DNA from: Carcharhinus amblyrhynchos
Lineage: Eukaryota
Assembly: GCA_965287045.1 (NCBI GenBank)
Contig: OZ336885.1
Coordinates: 66,402,001 to 66,466,000, forward strand
DNA: 64,000 nucleotides
Reading direction: 5' to 3'
The translations under genes were made by a program, and so were the position numbers. Shown here in pieces: positions 13,856 through 26,900 of the stretch (its first letter is position 1; each line of letters begins with the position of its first letter). A model generated the notes under the pieces. The model searched no databases and had not been told where the DNA came from. It saw only the letters and a program-made list of their open reading frames with translations.

Positions 13856-14799
13856 CAGTCTAGCTTACGTGTCTGGGTGACACAATTTGTACATAATATA
13901 AATAGCGAACGTTGTGAGGTATTCTAAAATTCCAGGGATTGATTTGTCAGGGTAAAATGGAGGACAAACCTGGGTACAGTGCACTAAATGTTAACTAATT
14001 CACCAGAACACTTTACGTGGAGGTATCGAAATTTATGACTCTAATATTGAGAGGAGGATGTGCTTCTGTGTTTAATATGTTTTACCCAATCTGCATGAAA
14101 ATCAGAAAGATGTACGTAGTTCCCTAATTTTGTCTCATGTATATCACCCTGACTACTACAGAGGGTTCGAAACGTTTTTCATCAAGACATTTGGGTTCAA
14201 CATCTGTATATTTCTTCTCTGGCTATCTATCCAAGATATTCAGATAACCAAAAAACGCTCAAAAAGCTTTAAGTTACACCTAATTCATATTTTGAGCAAA
14301 TTTGGTCCTGCATCAGGTTACAAGTTCTGTTTGTTTTTTTTTAGCTGTCACGCACGACGAGCAAATAATTAATACTTACAGTGCAGGTCGAATGAAATTT
14401 TGTTCTTCCTCCTTTAGAAAAAGATTTGGAAGAAACAATCTTGGGTAATTAAACAAAACACGGCTGATGCATTTCTTTTTCAAAGACTAAACTTTAATTT
14501 TATGTGAAGTATAGACAGAATAGTTAATCTAGTCTGCTGTACACCGGCACCTAGTAATTTGTCTGTGGTTTCTTCATTAGAACTCCAGAAGCTGAAGTAC
14601 GCGGGCAAAAATAAAGGTTAGTTTAAGATGATCAGTAAAACACAGAGTTAAGTGAAGAAGAGGATCAAACAAGTCAGCTTCTCGAGCATGCTCCATCATT
14701 AAACATCAAAGTACTGATCATTATACATTCGAATCGTTTCAAAATCCTGGTCCTTTCAATTAATAAGAAACTTAACTATATAAACCACTTGTCTGTTGT

Positions 14800-15310
14800 C
14801 GATGCCAGAGCAAAGCTGAGTACTGTTGCAAAAACTCACGTTTTGACACCCAAACGCCTGTCCACAATGTGCAAAGAATTTGCTGGAATGTTCTGTCATT
14901 GGATGGATGACTGCAGCTCCAAGGATACCCATAAGCTCGAAACAGTCCAGGGGAAAGCTAGCCGTTTGATTCGAAACATATCCATAAATATTCACTGCCG
15001 TCACCACCAGTGCACAATGACAGAATTGTGCATACCTGCACGATGCACGGTAATAAGACATCAGGCAGTATTAGACAATGCCGTCCAAACCCAGGGCACT
15101 CGTATCTAGGAGGTCAAAAGCACCAGGTACCTAGGGGGAAAAAAATCATCTCCAAGTTGCCCTCCAAGCCATTCAAAGATTGGCATAATATCGCCATCCA
15201 ATTAATGCTGCTGGGCAAAAACCCTAGAAGTCGCACAGAATTGTGTGAGGGTCGGGTGCTAATACGAGCTTGCTGATGTGATAGCATCTTGGAAAAACGT
15301 CTATTACACA
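14800..15310 (+). mobile_element. Degenerate 3' ORF2 fragment of a second LINE family (CR1/L2-group, Crack/Zenon-like)
   Basis: WMDDCSSKDTHKLETVQGKASRLI...HCRHHQCT matches a LINE ORF2 C-terminal pattern. Related sequence lies at 53160-53780 (-), and a tail at about 35515-35580. Confidence 0.6.
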
Positions 15311-15779
15311 AGTACGTTCAATGATGCATTATCCGAGTGAATTTTGAAACAGCGGCAATATGAGAATGGGTACTTGGGACCTTTATTAACTTATTGTCCA
15401 CGGACACACAGTGGAAGAGTGCACACGGGAAATTTCCCAGTTTCACCTCCAGATATCCAGTGGGACTTGATGCATCCAACAACATGAAAAAAGCTGCTCT
15501 TGGATTAACCATTGCTCGGTAAGGAGTTCACAACTGAGCAGAACTGATTTTGAGTTTCCTAAAATGGACTCGAACTACCTGACTTGAGTGATGGCTGCTT
15601 TTCATAATTATTTTCAGACGTCGACACGTTAATGTTCTTTATCCTTTGATTCAATGTTCTCACTCCTAATTGATGCTCATATAACCAGGCGGCATGGCGA
15701 TACACTAGTTGGCACAGTCCACGATAAGAATACTCACAACACCAGGTTAAAGTTTATCAGGTTTATTTGAAAGCAAACG

Positions 15780-15816
15780 CCACTAGCTTTCAGAGCGCTG
15801 CTCCTTCGTCAGGTGA
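15780..15816 (-). ncRNA. Minimal type I hammerhead ribozyme motif in a Penelope pseudo-LTR (core intact)
   Basis: The - strand reads tcac CTGACGA a ggagc-agc-gctct GAAA gc TA gtgg: CUGANGA and GAAA core, stem II, CUA cleavage triplet and stem I cac/gtg. Confidence 0.75.
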
Positions 15817-16119
15817 GTGGGGAGTTCTGCTCACAAACAGGGCATATAAAGGCACACACTCAGTTTACAGAATATTGATTAGAATGTGAGTCCTTACAGC
15901 AAATCAAGTCTTAAAGGTGCAGACAATGTGAGTGGAGATAGCATTAAGCATAGGTTAAAGAGTTGTGTATTGTCTCCAGACAGGACAGTAAGTGAGATGT
16001 TCAAGCCCAGGCAAGTTATGGGTGTTACAAATAATGTGGCATGAACCCAAGATCCAGCTTAAGGCCGTCCTCATGTGTGTGGAGCTTGGCTATCAGTTTC
16101 TGCTCAGCAACTCTGCGTT

Positions 16120-18517
16120 ACATAAGCACATAAGAAATAGGAGCAGGAGTAGGCCATCTAGCCCTTCGAGCCTGCCCCGCCATTCAATAAGATCATGGCT
16201 GATCTGTCGCTGCTCAGTTCCACTTTCCCGCCCTCTCCCCATAACCCTTAATCCCCTCTCTTATCAAAAACCCATCAACCCGCGTCTTAAAAATATTTAG
16301 CGAGGTAGCCTCCACCACTTCAACGGGCAGAGAATTCCAGAGATTCACCACCCTTTGAGTGAAGAAGTTCCTCCTCAACTCCGTTCTAAACCGCCCCCCT
16401 TTTATCTTGAGGCTGTGCCCCCTAGTCCTACTGTCTTTTTTGAGCGGGAAGAGTCTCTCCACCTCTATCCTATCCATCCCATTCATCATCTTATACGACT
16501 CAGTGAGATCTCCCCTCATTCTTCTAAACTCTAACGAGTACAAGCCTAGTTTATTCAGCCTCTCCTCATAGCTCAACCCCCTCAACTCCGGTATCAGCCT
16601 AGTAAACCTCTTCTGCACTCCCTCCAAGGCCAAAATATCTTTGCGCAGGTGCGGCGCCCAAAACTGCACACAGTACTCCAGCTGCGGCCTCATCAATGCC
16701 CTATACAGCTGCAGCAAGACCTCCCTACTTTTATATTCAATCCCCCTCGCTATGAAGGCCAGATCCCATTCGCCTTCCTGACCACCTGCTGCACCTGCAA
16801 GCTGGGTTTTTGCGACTCATGCACAAGGACCCCGAGGTCCCTCTGCACCGTCGCCTGCTGCAGTTTTTCGCCCCGTAAGTATTAGTCCTTCCTACCATTC
16901 TTCCTACCAAAGTGGACCACCTCACACTTGCCAACATTAAATTCCATTTGCCATTTCCTGGCCCATTCGCCCAGCCTATCTAGATCCTTCTGCAGACTCT
17001 CCACACCCTCCGCACAATTTGCCGTTCCCCGAATCTTGGTGTCATCAGCAAATTTCGACACCCTACACTCGGTTCCCTCCTCCAGATCATCTATATAAAT
17101 GGTAAAAAGCTGAGGCCCCAGCACCGACCCCTGGGGCACTCCACTAGTCACCATCCGCCAATCCGAATAGCACCCCTTGACCCCCACTCTCTGCCTCCTA
17201 TTTGACAACCAATCCTCTATCCACGCTAACACCCTACCCCCAACTCCATGTCCCTCGACCTTCTGCAATAACCTCTTGTGAGGTACTTTGTCAAACGCCT
17301 TCTGAAAATCTAGAAAGACCACATCCACCGGCTCTCCTCTACCCACCGCCCTAGACACATCCTCATTGAACTCCAGTAAATTTGTCAGACACGACTTCCC
17401 TTTAATGAAACCGTGCTGCGTCTGCTCTATCAAGCAATTCCCTTCAAGATGCCTCGCAATTTCCTCCTTAATGACAGATTCTTACATTTTACCTACCACA
17501 GACGTTAAACTAACCGGCCTATAATTCCCCGCCTTTTGCCTGGCACCCTTCTTAAACAACGGCGTAACATTAGCCATTTTCCAATCTTCCGGCACTTCCC
17601 CGGAATCCAGTGACGTCTGGAAAATAACCACCAAGGCATCGACTATCACCTCCGCCATTTCTTTCAGAACCCTCGGATGCATTCCATCCGGTCCTGGGGA
17701 CTTGTCCACAATCAGCCCCTCCAGTCTGTCGAGCACCGCCTCTCTAGTAACAGTAATGTCATTAAGACCCTCCAGTCCTACCAGCTTTCCATCGCTAACA
17801 CCCGGCAAATTATTCACGTCCTCCTCCGTGAAGACAGAAACAAAAAAGTTATTCAATACCTTAGCCATATCCCCATCCCCTACCACTAGGTCCCCTTTCT
17901 CATCCTCTAAAGGACCAACATTCACCCTAGCCAGCCTCTTCCTTTTTATATATTTATAAAAACTCTTGCTATCCTTTTTTATATTAAGCGCTAGCCCAGC
18001 TTCATAGTTTCTCCTACCCTTCTTTATCAACTTCTTTGTCAATCTTTGTTGACATTTAAACCTCTCCCAATCCTCTTCTCGCCCACTACTCTTAGCTACT
18101 CTAAATTCCTCCGCTTTTAATTTAACACTTTCCTTCACCCCCTTCGTTATCCACGGCTTATTACCTCTACTCCTACTATCCTTTTTGACCGTCGGAATAA
18201 ATTTCTGCTGAGCACCAAGAAAGATCTCCTTAAAGATCCTCCACTGCTCCTCAACAGACCCTTCCTCCAACGCGCTCCCCCAGTCCACATTCGCCAATTC
18301 TTCTCTCATCCTACCGTACTCCCCTCTATTCAAACAAAGGACGCGTGTCCGAGAACCCACTTTCTCCTCCTTCATCTGCGCCAGAAACTCCACCATACAA
18401 TGATCACTCTCCCCAAGAGGATCCTTCACCACAAGGTCCCTAATTCTACCCGCCTCATTACATAGCACCAGATCCAAGATAGCTCGCTCCCTCGTCGGCT
18501 CCAACACACACTGCTCT
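16120..18517 (-). mobile_element. Young CR1 LINE, 2.4 kb, 5'-truncated within the endonuclease C-terminus, ORF2 inactivated
   Basis: Motifs [49 protein letters not shown] and KFADDT. Two in-frame TAA stops (17482, 16882) and a 1-nt deletion near 16765 relative to the 20296 copy. Confidence 0.97.
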
Positions 18518-19636
18518 ATCGTGTGTTGTGAAGGCCGCCTTAGAGAACGTTTACCCGAAGATCAGAGGCCGAAGGCCCGTGACTGCTGAAGTGTTCGCCA
18601 ACAGGAAGAGAATAATCTTGCCTGGTGATTGTCGATCGGTGTTCATTCATCCGTGTCGTAGCGTCTGCATGGTCTCCCCAATGTAACATGCCTTGGGACA
18701 TCCTTTCCTGCAGCGTATCAGGTAGGCAATGTTGGCCGAGTTGCAAGACTATGTGCCGTGTATCTCATGGATGGTATTCTCACATGAGATGATGGCATCC
18801 GTGTCGATGATCTGGCATGTCTTGCAGAGGTTGCTGTGACACAGTTGTGTGGTGTGGTGGTGTTCTCCTGAAGGCTGGGTGGTTTGCTGTGGACGGTGTT
18901 CTGTTTGAGGTTGTGTGGTTGTTCGAAGGCAAAAAGTGGGGTGTGAGGATCGTCTTGACGAGATGTTCGTCTTCATCAATGACGTTTTGAAGACTCCAGA
19001 GAAGATGTCGTGGCTTCTCAGTTACGGGGAAGTACTGGGCGACGAAGGGTCCTCTGTCCACTGTGTCCCATGATGTCTTCTGAGGATGTCAGTGCGATCT
19101 TTCGATGTAACACGTCGGAACTGTTGATTGATTAGTGGAATGCCATACCTTGCTCTTATGATAGCATCTTTCAGCTTCTGGAGGTGTCTGTTGTAATCCT
19201 CCTCATCTGAGCAGATCCTGTGTATATGGAGGGCTTGTCCATAGGGGATAGTTTCTTTAACGTGTTTAGGGTGGAAGCTGGAGAAGTGGAGCATCGTGAG
19301 GTTATCCGTGGGCTTGTGGTACAGTGAGATGCTGAAGTTACCGTCCTTAATGGAGATGCGTGTGTCCAAGAATGCAACGGATTCCAGAGAGTAGTCCATG
19401 GTGAGTCTAATGGCGGGATGGAACTTGTTGATGTCATCATACAGTTGTTTCAGTGATTGTTCACCATGAGTCCAAAGGAAGAAAATGTCATCGATATGTC
19501 TAGTGTAATGCATCGGTTGAAGGTCCTGTGCAGTGAAGAAATCTTGTTCGAGCCTATGCTTGAAGATACACTTATCCGTATTCTGTAAACTGAGTGTGTG
19601 CCTACATATGCCCTTTTTGTGATCAGAACTCCCCAC

Positions 19637-19673
19637 TCGCCTGACGAAGGAGCAGCACTCCGAAAGCGAGTGG
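19637..19673 (+). ncRNA. Minimal hammerhead motif in the inverted pseudo-LTR (cleavage-site U mutated)
   Basis: tcgc CTGACGA a ggag-cagca-ctcc GAAA gc GA gtgg. CUA is changed to CGA relative to the other copy. Confidence 0.65.
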
Positions 19674-19767
19674 TATTTGCTACCAAATAAACTTGTTGAA
19701 CTTTAACCTGGCGTTATGAGACTTCTTACTGTGTTTATCCCAGTCCAACGCCAACATCTCTACATCA

Positions 19768-20040
19768 TCACAGCCCACGGACCAGGTTGGATGATCGGCT
19801 TGGGTCACTGTCTATGTGAAGTCAGCATGTTCAATACGTGTCTCTGTGCTTTCTATCCAGGTGTTCCAGTTTCGTCTCACAATCCTAAAGACGCGCTGGT
19901 TAGGTGCATTGTCCATGCCAAATTTCTCTTATTGCACCCAGACAGGCGCCAGGGTGTGGCGCATAGGGGAGTTTCACAGTAACTTAATTGCAGTGCTAAT
20001 GTAAGCCGACATGTGACGCCAATAGCAATAAGATATCTGA
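19768..20040 (+). mobile_element. V-domain SINE, second tail type; its 5' head is left at 15688-15720
   Basis: tcacagcc..ggaccaggttgg..cttgggtcactgtc, V-domain and tail ttcacagtaacttaattgcagtgctaatgtaagcc. Same type as 54974-55240. Confidence 0.8.
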
Positions 20041-20295
20041 TGACTTTATGATCTATAATCATAGATTAATTAATCAGAATCTATGGCAATTAAGAAGGAT
20101 ATGTTTTGTGGAGGTTTTCTTCCCTATATCTTCCAAAATTTGAGATTCCCCCAACAAAAACGCAGTAATGTTAAACGATATTAGTGGGTTGCTCCTGTAA
20201 AATTGCTGTAATAGTTCCTGAAGATGTAAACCCCAGTCAGGGAACCAGAATATAGTTGGATTGAGGATAAGTTCTGGTATGTCTTATAACACTCA

Positions 20296-21278
20296 AGAAC
20301 ATAAGAAATAGGAACAGGAGTAGGCCATCTAGCCCTTCGAGCCTGCCCCGCCATTCAATAAGATCATGGCTGATCTGTCGTGGCTCAGTTCCACATTCCC
20401 GCCCTCTCCCCATAACCCTTAATCCCCTCCCTTATCAAAAACCCATCAACCCGCGTCTTTAAAATATTTGGCGAGGTAGCCTCCACCACTTCAACGGGCA
20501 GAGAATTCCAGAGATTCACCACCCTTTGAGTGAAGAAGTTCCTCCTCAACTCCGTTATACACCGCCCCCCCCCCCCTTTATCTTGAGGCTGTGCCCCCTA
20601 GTCCTACTATCCTTTCTGAGCGGGAAGGGTCTCTCCACCTCTATCCTATCCATCCCATTCATCATCTTATACGTCTTAATGAGATCTCCCCTCATTCTCC
20701 TAAACTCTAACGAGTACAAGCCTAATTTATTCAGCCTCTCCTCATAGCTCAACCCCCTCAACTCCGGTATCAGCCTAGTAAACCTCCTCTGCACTCCCTC
20801 CAAGGCCAAAATATCCTTGCGTAAGTACGGCGCCCAAAACTGCACACAGTACTCCAGCTGCGGCCTCACCAATGCCCTATACAGCCGCAGCAAGACCTCC
20901 CTACTTTTATATTCAATCCCCCTCACTACGAAGGCCAGCATCCCATTCGCCTTCCTGACCACCTGCTGCACCAGCAAGCTGGGTTTTTGCGACTCATGCA
21001 CAAGGACCCCGAGGTCCCTCTGCACCGTCGCCTGCTGCAGTTTTTCGCCACGTTAAGTAATAATCCTTCCTACCATTATTCCTACCAAAGTGGACCACCT
21101 CACACTTGCCAATATTAAATTCCATTTGCCATTTCCTGGCCCATTCGCCCAGCCTATCTAGAGCCTTCTGCAGACTCTCCACACCCTCCGCACAATTTGC
21201 CGTTCCACCAATCTTGGTGTCATCAGCAAATTTCGACACCCTACACTCGGTTCCCTCCTCCAGATCATCTATATAAAT
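20296..21278 (-). mobile_element. 5'-truncated young CR1 LINE
   Basis: SKFADDTKIGG...LEYCVQFWAPYLRKD. Near-identical to 16120-17100, with frameshifts. Confidence 0.95.
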
Positions 21279-22984
21279 CTCAATCGGAGCCTTGACTAAT
21301 AAAACTTATTAAAGGAACCAACTGAATTGTCAGAATGTGTTAGTGAGTGACTGAGTCACTGCGTGAGTAATGGTGTGCTAATGGAGGAACAGTGAGAAGA
21401 CACCTGCATGCAAATCATATGACGCAGAAGTTACTGACATTCAACAAAATGCATCGTTGATGAACTTCGGATTCAAGAGTCGTGAGTCACAACTGTGAGA
21501 GACGGACTAATTGTGCTTTTGCCGTCCACTTCAGCGAATGGCAAAATGAAGTTGCACTGAATTAAATGGGAAAGAGAAACTGGCAAGGAATACCAGAGAT
21601 AACTGAGTGGATACAGCTTGTTTTCAATGACTGGCCTTCGCTGCAAATCAGCCCTAAACTGTCTTGAGGATGGCATCCTCAAAATTGCATGAGACAATGT
21701 ATTCCATGTTTCCACTCCTGACGGAAACATTAACTTGCTCACTGTCACATACTCTACAATAACTTCCAGACAATCATTTGCATCTCACCAATCTCGATAC
21801 CATACCATAGTCCCCGTATGTTTCTAAACGTGTAATTTTTTTCTCTCAAACGTGCGAAAAATGTCTCCCAATGCTTCATAGAGTAACGCATTGCACATTC
21901 TGACCATCTTCTGTTAATCCTTTCTTCTGAGTTCCCGCTGGTGTTGATACAATATAACTCATGTTCAAATGCGTTCGTCCTGGACTCCTAAACAACTGGA
22001 CGTTATGTCTTTTCATTTATTTCCCCTCAGCATGTGGGTTACAAAAACGTGCTTGTCTCCAAGAATGACTCTTGGATCCCAATTCTTCGACATAACTAAT
22101 CGAGTACCATGACAATGTTTCGGCTGTTACCATAGCTAATAATTCTAGACCAGGAGTGTCTCCAACGTTCCAAAGGCACCTCCTTGATTCCCATCCCGTT
22201 GTGATAATCCAAAGCCGGAGCCTCATGTTGAGACGCTGGGACATTACACACTGCAATACGGGAGCAGACCCCATTTCCGATATTAAAACCGTTGGCATAT
22301 GCAGTTTAAAACGTGTGCCTGGAACGCAGCTGGACGGCAGTGGAATGGAAATGGCAGATCAAAGAAAGTGTAATTAAATTCAGCTGTAGAAAGTATATCA
22401 TGCTTGATTGCCTGTATTGCAGTTGCAAAACTCTTGATATTTAAAACATATAATTCATATCGGGCAGACAATGGCAGTGGGTTATGCACAATGAGACGTT
22501 TCTCCATATTGTATGCTTGGAGAGCATTAGAGAATGACATTTCCACCACTTCACCTCTGCAGCCGCTGCCCCATGGTCCTCAAACCATTGGCCAGGACAT
22601 TTCAAAATCCCAGTCTTCAAAGCTCGCTCTGAGACAATACTTAGCAAGTGGAAAACAACAAATTGGAGTGCAACAAAGAACCTCTTATGTTCAATTATAT
22701 CTACACTATCAAACGCAGCTGAAATTCGAATGGTGTATAGTAGCTGCCACCAACACTTTCTTATTTGAACCAAACATCCATGTTTGCAGATGCACAGGCC
22801 CAAGATTGGAAGTGTGGGCTCAAGGAAATGGAAATCTGTATGGTTCATCTAATTTGCTGAACGCCCCTCGGAAAGTCCTACATTGGCCACGAGAACAGGA
22901 GAATAAAGTGAGATGTTGTTTGTTTGAATTGCATCAATTTAGGTTCTGACAGATTACTTTTTTTTCTATTGATGTCCATCTCAG

Positions 22985-23011
22985 CAGTTAGTGCCCGTTC
23001 CAGACTCCTGG
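22985..23011 (+). CDS. Butyrophilin-like gene, micro-exon (27 nt, phase 1-1), AVSARSRLL
   Basis: T-rich tract, then ccatctcag|CAGTTAGT...CTCCTGG|gtaagt with a perfect donor. The CAGCAG acceptor also allows a 24-nt variant. Confidence 0.6.
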
Positions 23012-23096
23012 GTAAGTCTGGTCCAAGTCGAATGTATGCTATTATTCACAAGTAAGAATATTGTTTCACTCTGTTAACTAGCACTTGACACCACAG

Positions 23097-23390
23097 TCAT
23101 AGAATCATAGAATCCTACAGTGCAGAAGGAGGCATTTCGATACATCGAATTGGCATCGACAACAATACCATCCAGACACTATCCCAATACCCAAGCTAAT
23201 CTCCCTGACTAAGGGGCAATTTAGCGTGGCCAATGCACCTAACCCGCACATCTTTGGACCGTGGGAGGAAATGGGACTACACGGAAGGAACCCACGCAGA
23301 CATCGGGAGAATGTGTAAACTCCACATAGTGACACAAACTGGGATTTGAAGCTGGGTGCCTGGCGCTGTGGGGTAGCAGTGCCAACGTCC
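23097..23390 (-). mobile_element. V-domain SINE (HE1-like)
   Basis: (CATAGAAT)n tail and V core gggcaatttagcgtggccaatgcacctaacccgcacatctttggac. Confidence 0.85.
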
Positions 23391-23599
23391 TGTCCCTTGA
23401 TTTGTTGTGAACTTTCACATCTATGAATCTCACTGTAACAAAAACCCTTGAAAAGATGATTCCTTCGTGAATAAGGTGTAACTGGAATCCAGCAGTGTGC
23501 AAAATACATAATTATTCTTTAACAATCCCGTAGGCCCTGACAAATCAATATAATGTTTGTTAAATTTCAAAATTTGTCATGATGATATGAAGTTCCATA

Positions 23600-26500
23600 G
23601 GTTTTTGAATTATTTTAAACATTTCTGATATTTTAACTCCTCTCTTAATCCTGTGTAGACTCGCATAGCATTTGCATTTTATTTCACTGCCTGCTGCACA
23701 TGCATTCTTATCTTTAGTGACAAATGCACGAAGGCATGCTTCATTCAATTTCCTCTCTCCCAATTTTGGGCATTTGGATAGTAATTGTTCAAACAGTTTT
23801 AGCTACCGAGGAGAGTGACCTTACATGTATTCAAATTGTGCTGCAACTGCATTCAATTTGTTCACTCAAAGAACAAATTACACTTGAGGTTTCTCTGTAT
23901 CCTTCTCAAAGCTCACCCTTCCATCCAACACCCAACTCAGTCTGAAAATATGGAAATATTACATTTACGTTCCATATCTAACCATGAACGCATATAGCAA
24001 ATAGCTGGGCTTCCGGCATTAAATCCTGCATTAATCCAGTAGCCGCTGCCTGCCATTTTCAAAAATACCCATTTGTTCCGACTCTTTGTTCCCTGTCTGC
24101 CGAACAGTTTTCTGTTCATCTAAAAAAAAGTGCACCCAATCACATGTGTTTTAGACTTGCCTACTAATCTCTGATGTGTGACATGTTGAAAAGCTTCTGC
24201 AAGTCTAAGTCAATCACAACCACTGGTTCCCCTTCATCATCTCTGCTAGTTAAATCCTCGAAGAACTCTCGCAAATGTGTCAAGTATTGATTCCTTTGCC
24301 ACGCATTCATGCCAACTCTGTCCAATTCTACCATTTCTTTCATGTATTTTGGAAAAAAATCTTTGATAATCGAATCTAGTTATTTTTCGATTACCTCGTC
24401 AGTCTTACTGGTTTATAATTCCTTATTTTTTATCTTGCCTAACTTCTAAAATAGTGAGGCTACATTGGCTAACTTATAATCTTTAGGATCTGTTCCACAG
24501 TGTATAAAAAACATAAAAATGACCACAAATGCATCTGGAGATTTTTGGGGCTATTTCTTTACTTACTCTCAGCCGTAGGTTAGCAGGCCTTGGCAGTCTA
24601 TAGGGCTTCAGCCCCATCAGTTTATTCTTCACCATTTCTTGACGAATATTAATCTCCTACAGTTTCTCCCATTCAATGAAGCCCCGTGGTTCCCAACATT
24701 TCTGGTATCTTTTTTGTGACCTCCATTGTGAAGACAGAACAAAAGTATGTATTCAGATGGCCATCCATTAATATTTCGCCATGTAAAATCTCATATTTCT
24801 CATTGTATGACTTCATCAATCTTGAACAATCTTGTTATTTTCTTCAAATACCTATAGGAAATTTCATGGTCAGTTTTATTTTTACTTTTCCTGCAAGCTT
24901 GCTCTGTACTTTTTTTTCTCATTTTATAATCATTCCTTTTGTCCTCCTTTGCTGAATTCCAAGCTGTTCCCAATGCTCAGGTCTGTCGATCTTTCTTCAC
25001 CAACTATAATTCCTCTTCCTCGGACACAATGCAAACTATAACGATGTTTTGGCTACTTTTCCGCTTTGGCTTTTGTGACAGGCAGGAATAAAGAATTGTT
25101 TTAGTTCACCCACAAGCTGTTTGAATGTTTGCCATTGTGTATCCATCGCGGTAGTTTTAAGTAACGTTTCCAAAACCATTATAGCCAACTCGCACCTTAC
25201 ATCATCATAATTTCCTTTATTACCATCCTATAATTTTGTCTCAAAATCACAATGCATCTTCATTAAAAAAAAATCCATCATCTAATGATTGTTCATTCTT
25301 AAAAGGGTCTTGCGTAAGTAGATTGCCAACCTTTCATCTCTCATTACATAATGCCAAGTCTTGTATTGCATGTTCCCCAACTTATTGGTCCAGAAAACTA
25401 TCATGTATACACTGCAGGAATTCCTCGCCTATAGTAGTGTTATTATTTTGTTTTGCACAATGTATATACAGATTAAAAGAACCCATAACTTCAGATACTG
25501 ATTCTGCGCATGCATCTCTAATTTCCGGTTTAAAGTCATCACCAGCTTCACAACGGCAGCTTGGGAGTTGGTGTACAATACTCACCAACACTTTTGATCT
25601 TTGGTGCTTCATAGCACTACCATATAAGTTCAACATTCTTTGGAAGTAATACTCTTCCTTAGTATGGTATTAAATTCATCCTCAAGCAGCAGTGCAACCA
25701 GGCCTCTTTTTCTTTTTAATTTGTAAATTTACCTGCATGATCAGTTTCCATCCTTGGTCACCCTATAGCCACATGCCCAAAATCCCGACTACACATACCT
25801 GTTCATCCATTCATCGTATTATAAAAATAACGTGCATTAACGCACAAAGCCTTCAGGGAGAACGTTATTTAAATTATTGGTCCTGTTTCCATTATTTTCA
25901 CTGAGGTCCCGTTTGATTTGGACCTTAGTTTCTATGCTTTTACTGTTTTTCTTCCTCTTTCTGACTTTGATGTTTGTCCTTGATTCTCCCTCGATTGATT
26001 CCTGGCACAGGTTCCCACACTGTTGCCATTTTAAGTTAACTCGTTCTCAATCATACTTTGAAATACGACCCTGAGGACCTCAGACCTGGTCCTGACCACG
26101 TGTAATCTGCCCAGATTGCAGTATTCCCAAGTCCACCAGAACCAGTCCCAAAGTCACAGAAATTGGGTCTCCTCCACTTCATGCCATCTCTTCATCCGAC
26201 ATGTCCTACAATTTCTAATTTAATTATCACGTGACCCTGGTCGTAATCCTGCGATCTCTACCCTTGGGTTCTGACCTCTCAACTTTCTTCCCAACTGGGT
26301 TTTTAAGATCACTTGTTTTATTTTTTAATTTGTGCCATCTGTACTGATATATACCAGGACCAGTCGTTGTTCACTTCCACCTCCAGAATACCCCGTAACC
26401 ACTCTGAGAAATCCATAACCTGAGCACTGGTGGGGTGTACAGGGGGGCGGGGACTGGGGGGGGTTGGAACTGGTGATGCGGTGGGTTCCGTGGAGAAAGG

Positions 26501-26900
26501 GGGCAACATACCAAACTGGAGTCTCCTTTGCGGCCACAGAAACGCCCGTCTATTCTCATTATAATTGAATTCCCTATGCTATTTCATGTTGGTACGTTTT
26601 TATCCTCTGCTCTGCAGGAGAAACAGCTGTGGTGCTTCAGATTTGTCTGCAACCTTTATCCACTGCGAGATCACTCCTTTCAACAATATCCTAAGCGATG
26701 ATTTTTTTTTTGGCAGGGAAATGGTCACAGGATGCATTGGTTGCTTGGCTCTTTTCCACTACCTGTGGGTCACCAGCTCCCTTTGCTTCAGGCAAATCTT
26801 AGCGTACAGCGTGACAATCTTTTGGCATATCCTGTCCAAATTGCTGTCTACCATGTGGATGAATATTTCAATGTATTTTGATTTAATTCCACTTAACGAT
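23600..26900 (-). mobile_element. Old, nearly full-length CR1 LINE: ORF1 SGNH-esterase remnant (about 25950-26900) and ORF2 EN/RT remnant (about 23600-25850)
   Basis: ORF1-like MRIDGRFCGRKGDSSLVCC..ILEVEV..LVLVYISTDG. EN start KALCVNAR (about 25852) and VMGSFNL..GEEFLQCIHDSFLDQ. RT KCNISIFSD. Many stops and indels. Confidence 0.8.

Larger units (their letters stand above)
15722..19767 (-). mobile_element. Penelope-like element (RT and GIY-YIG remnants) with inverted pseudo-LTRs, interrupted by a CR1 at 16120-18517
   Basis: RT reads YTRHIDDIFFLW...AFLDTRI...LYHKPT...IPYGQALHIHRICS (19022-19560). GIY-YIG C-part reads RMNEHRS...LPVGEHFS (18540-18750). 15725-15873 is the inverted copy of 19579-19729. 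Confidence 0.92.

Noticed and set aside
11836-14420. Isolated minus-strand exon-like segments (about 11840-11885 and 14389-14420)
   Set aside because: Splice signals are plausible, but there is no consistent frame or recognisable product.
22404-22949. 181-aa + ORF and overlapping 135-aa - ORF
   Set aside because: No domain motifs or Ig pattern, a non-ATG start for the + ORF, and a location among decayed repeat sequence.
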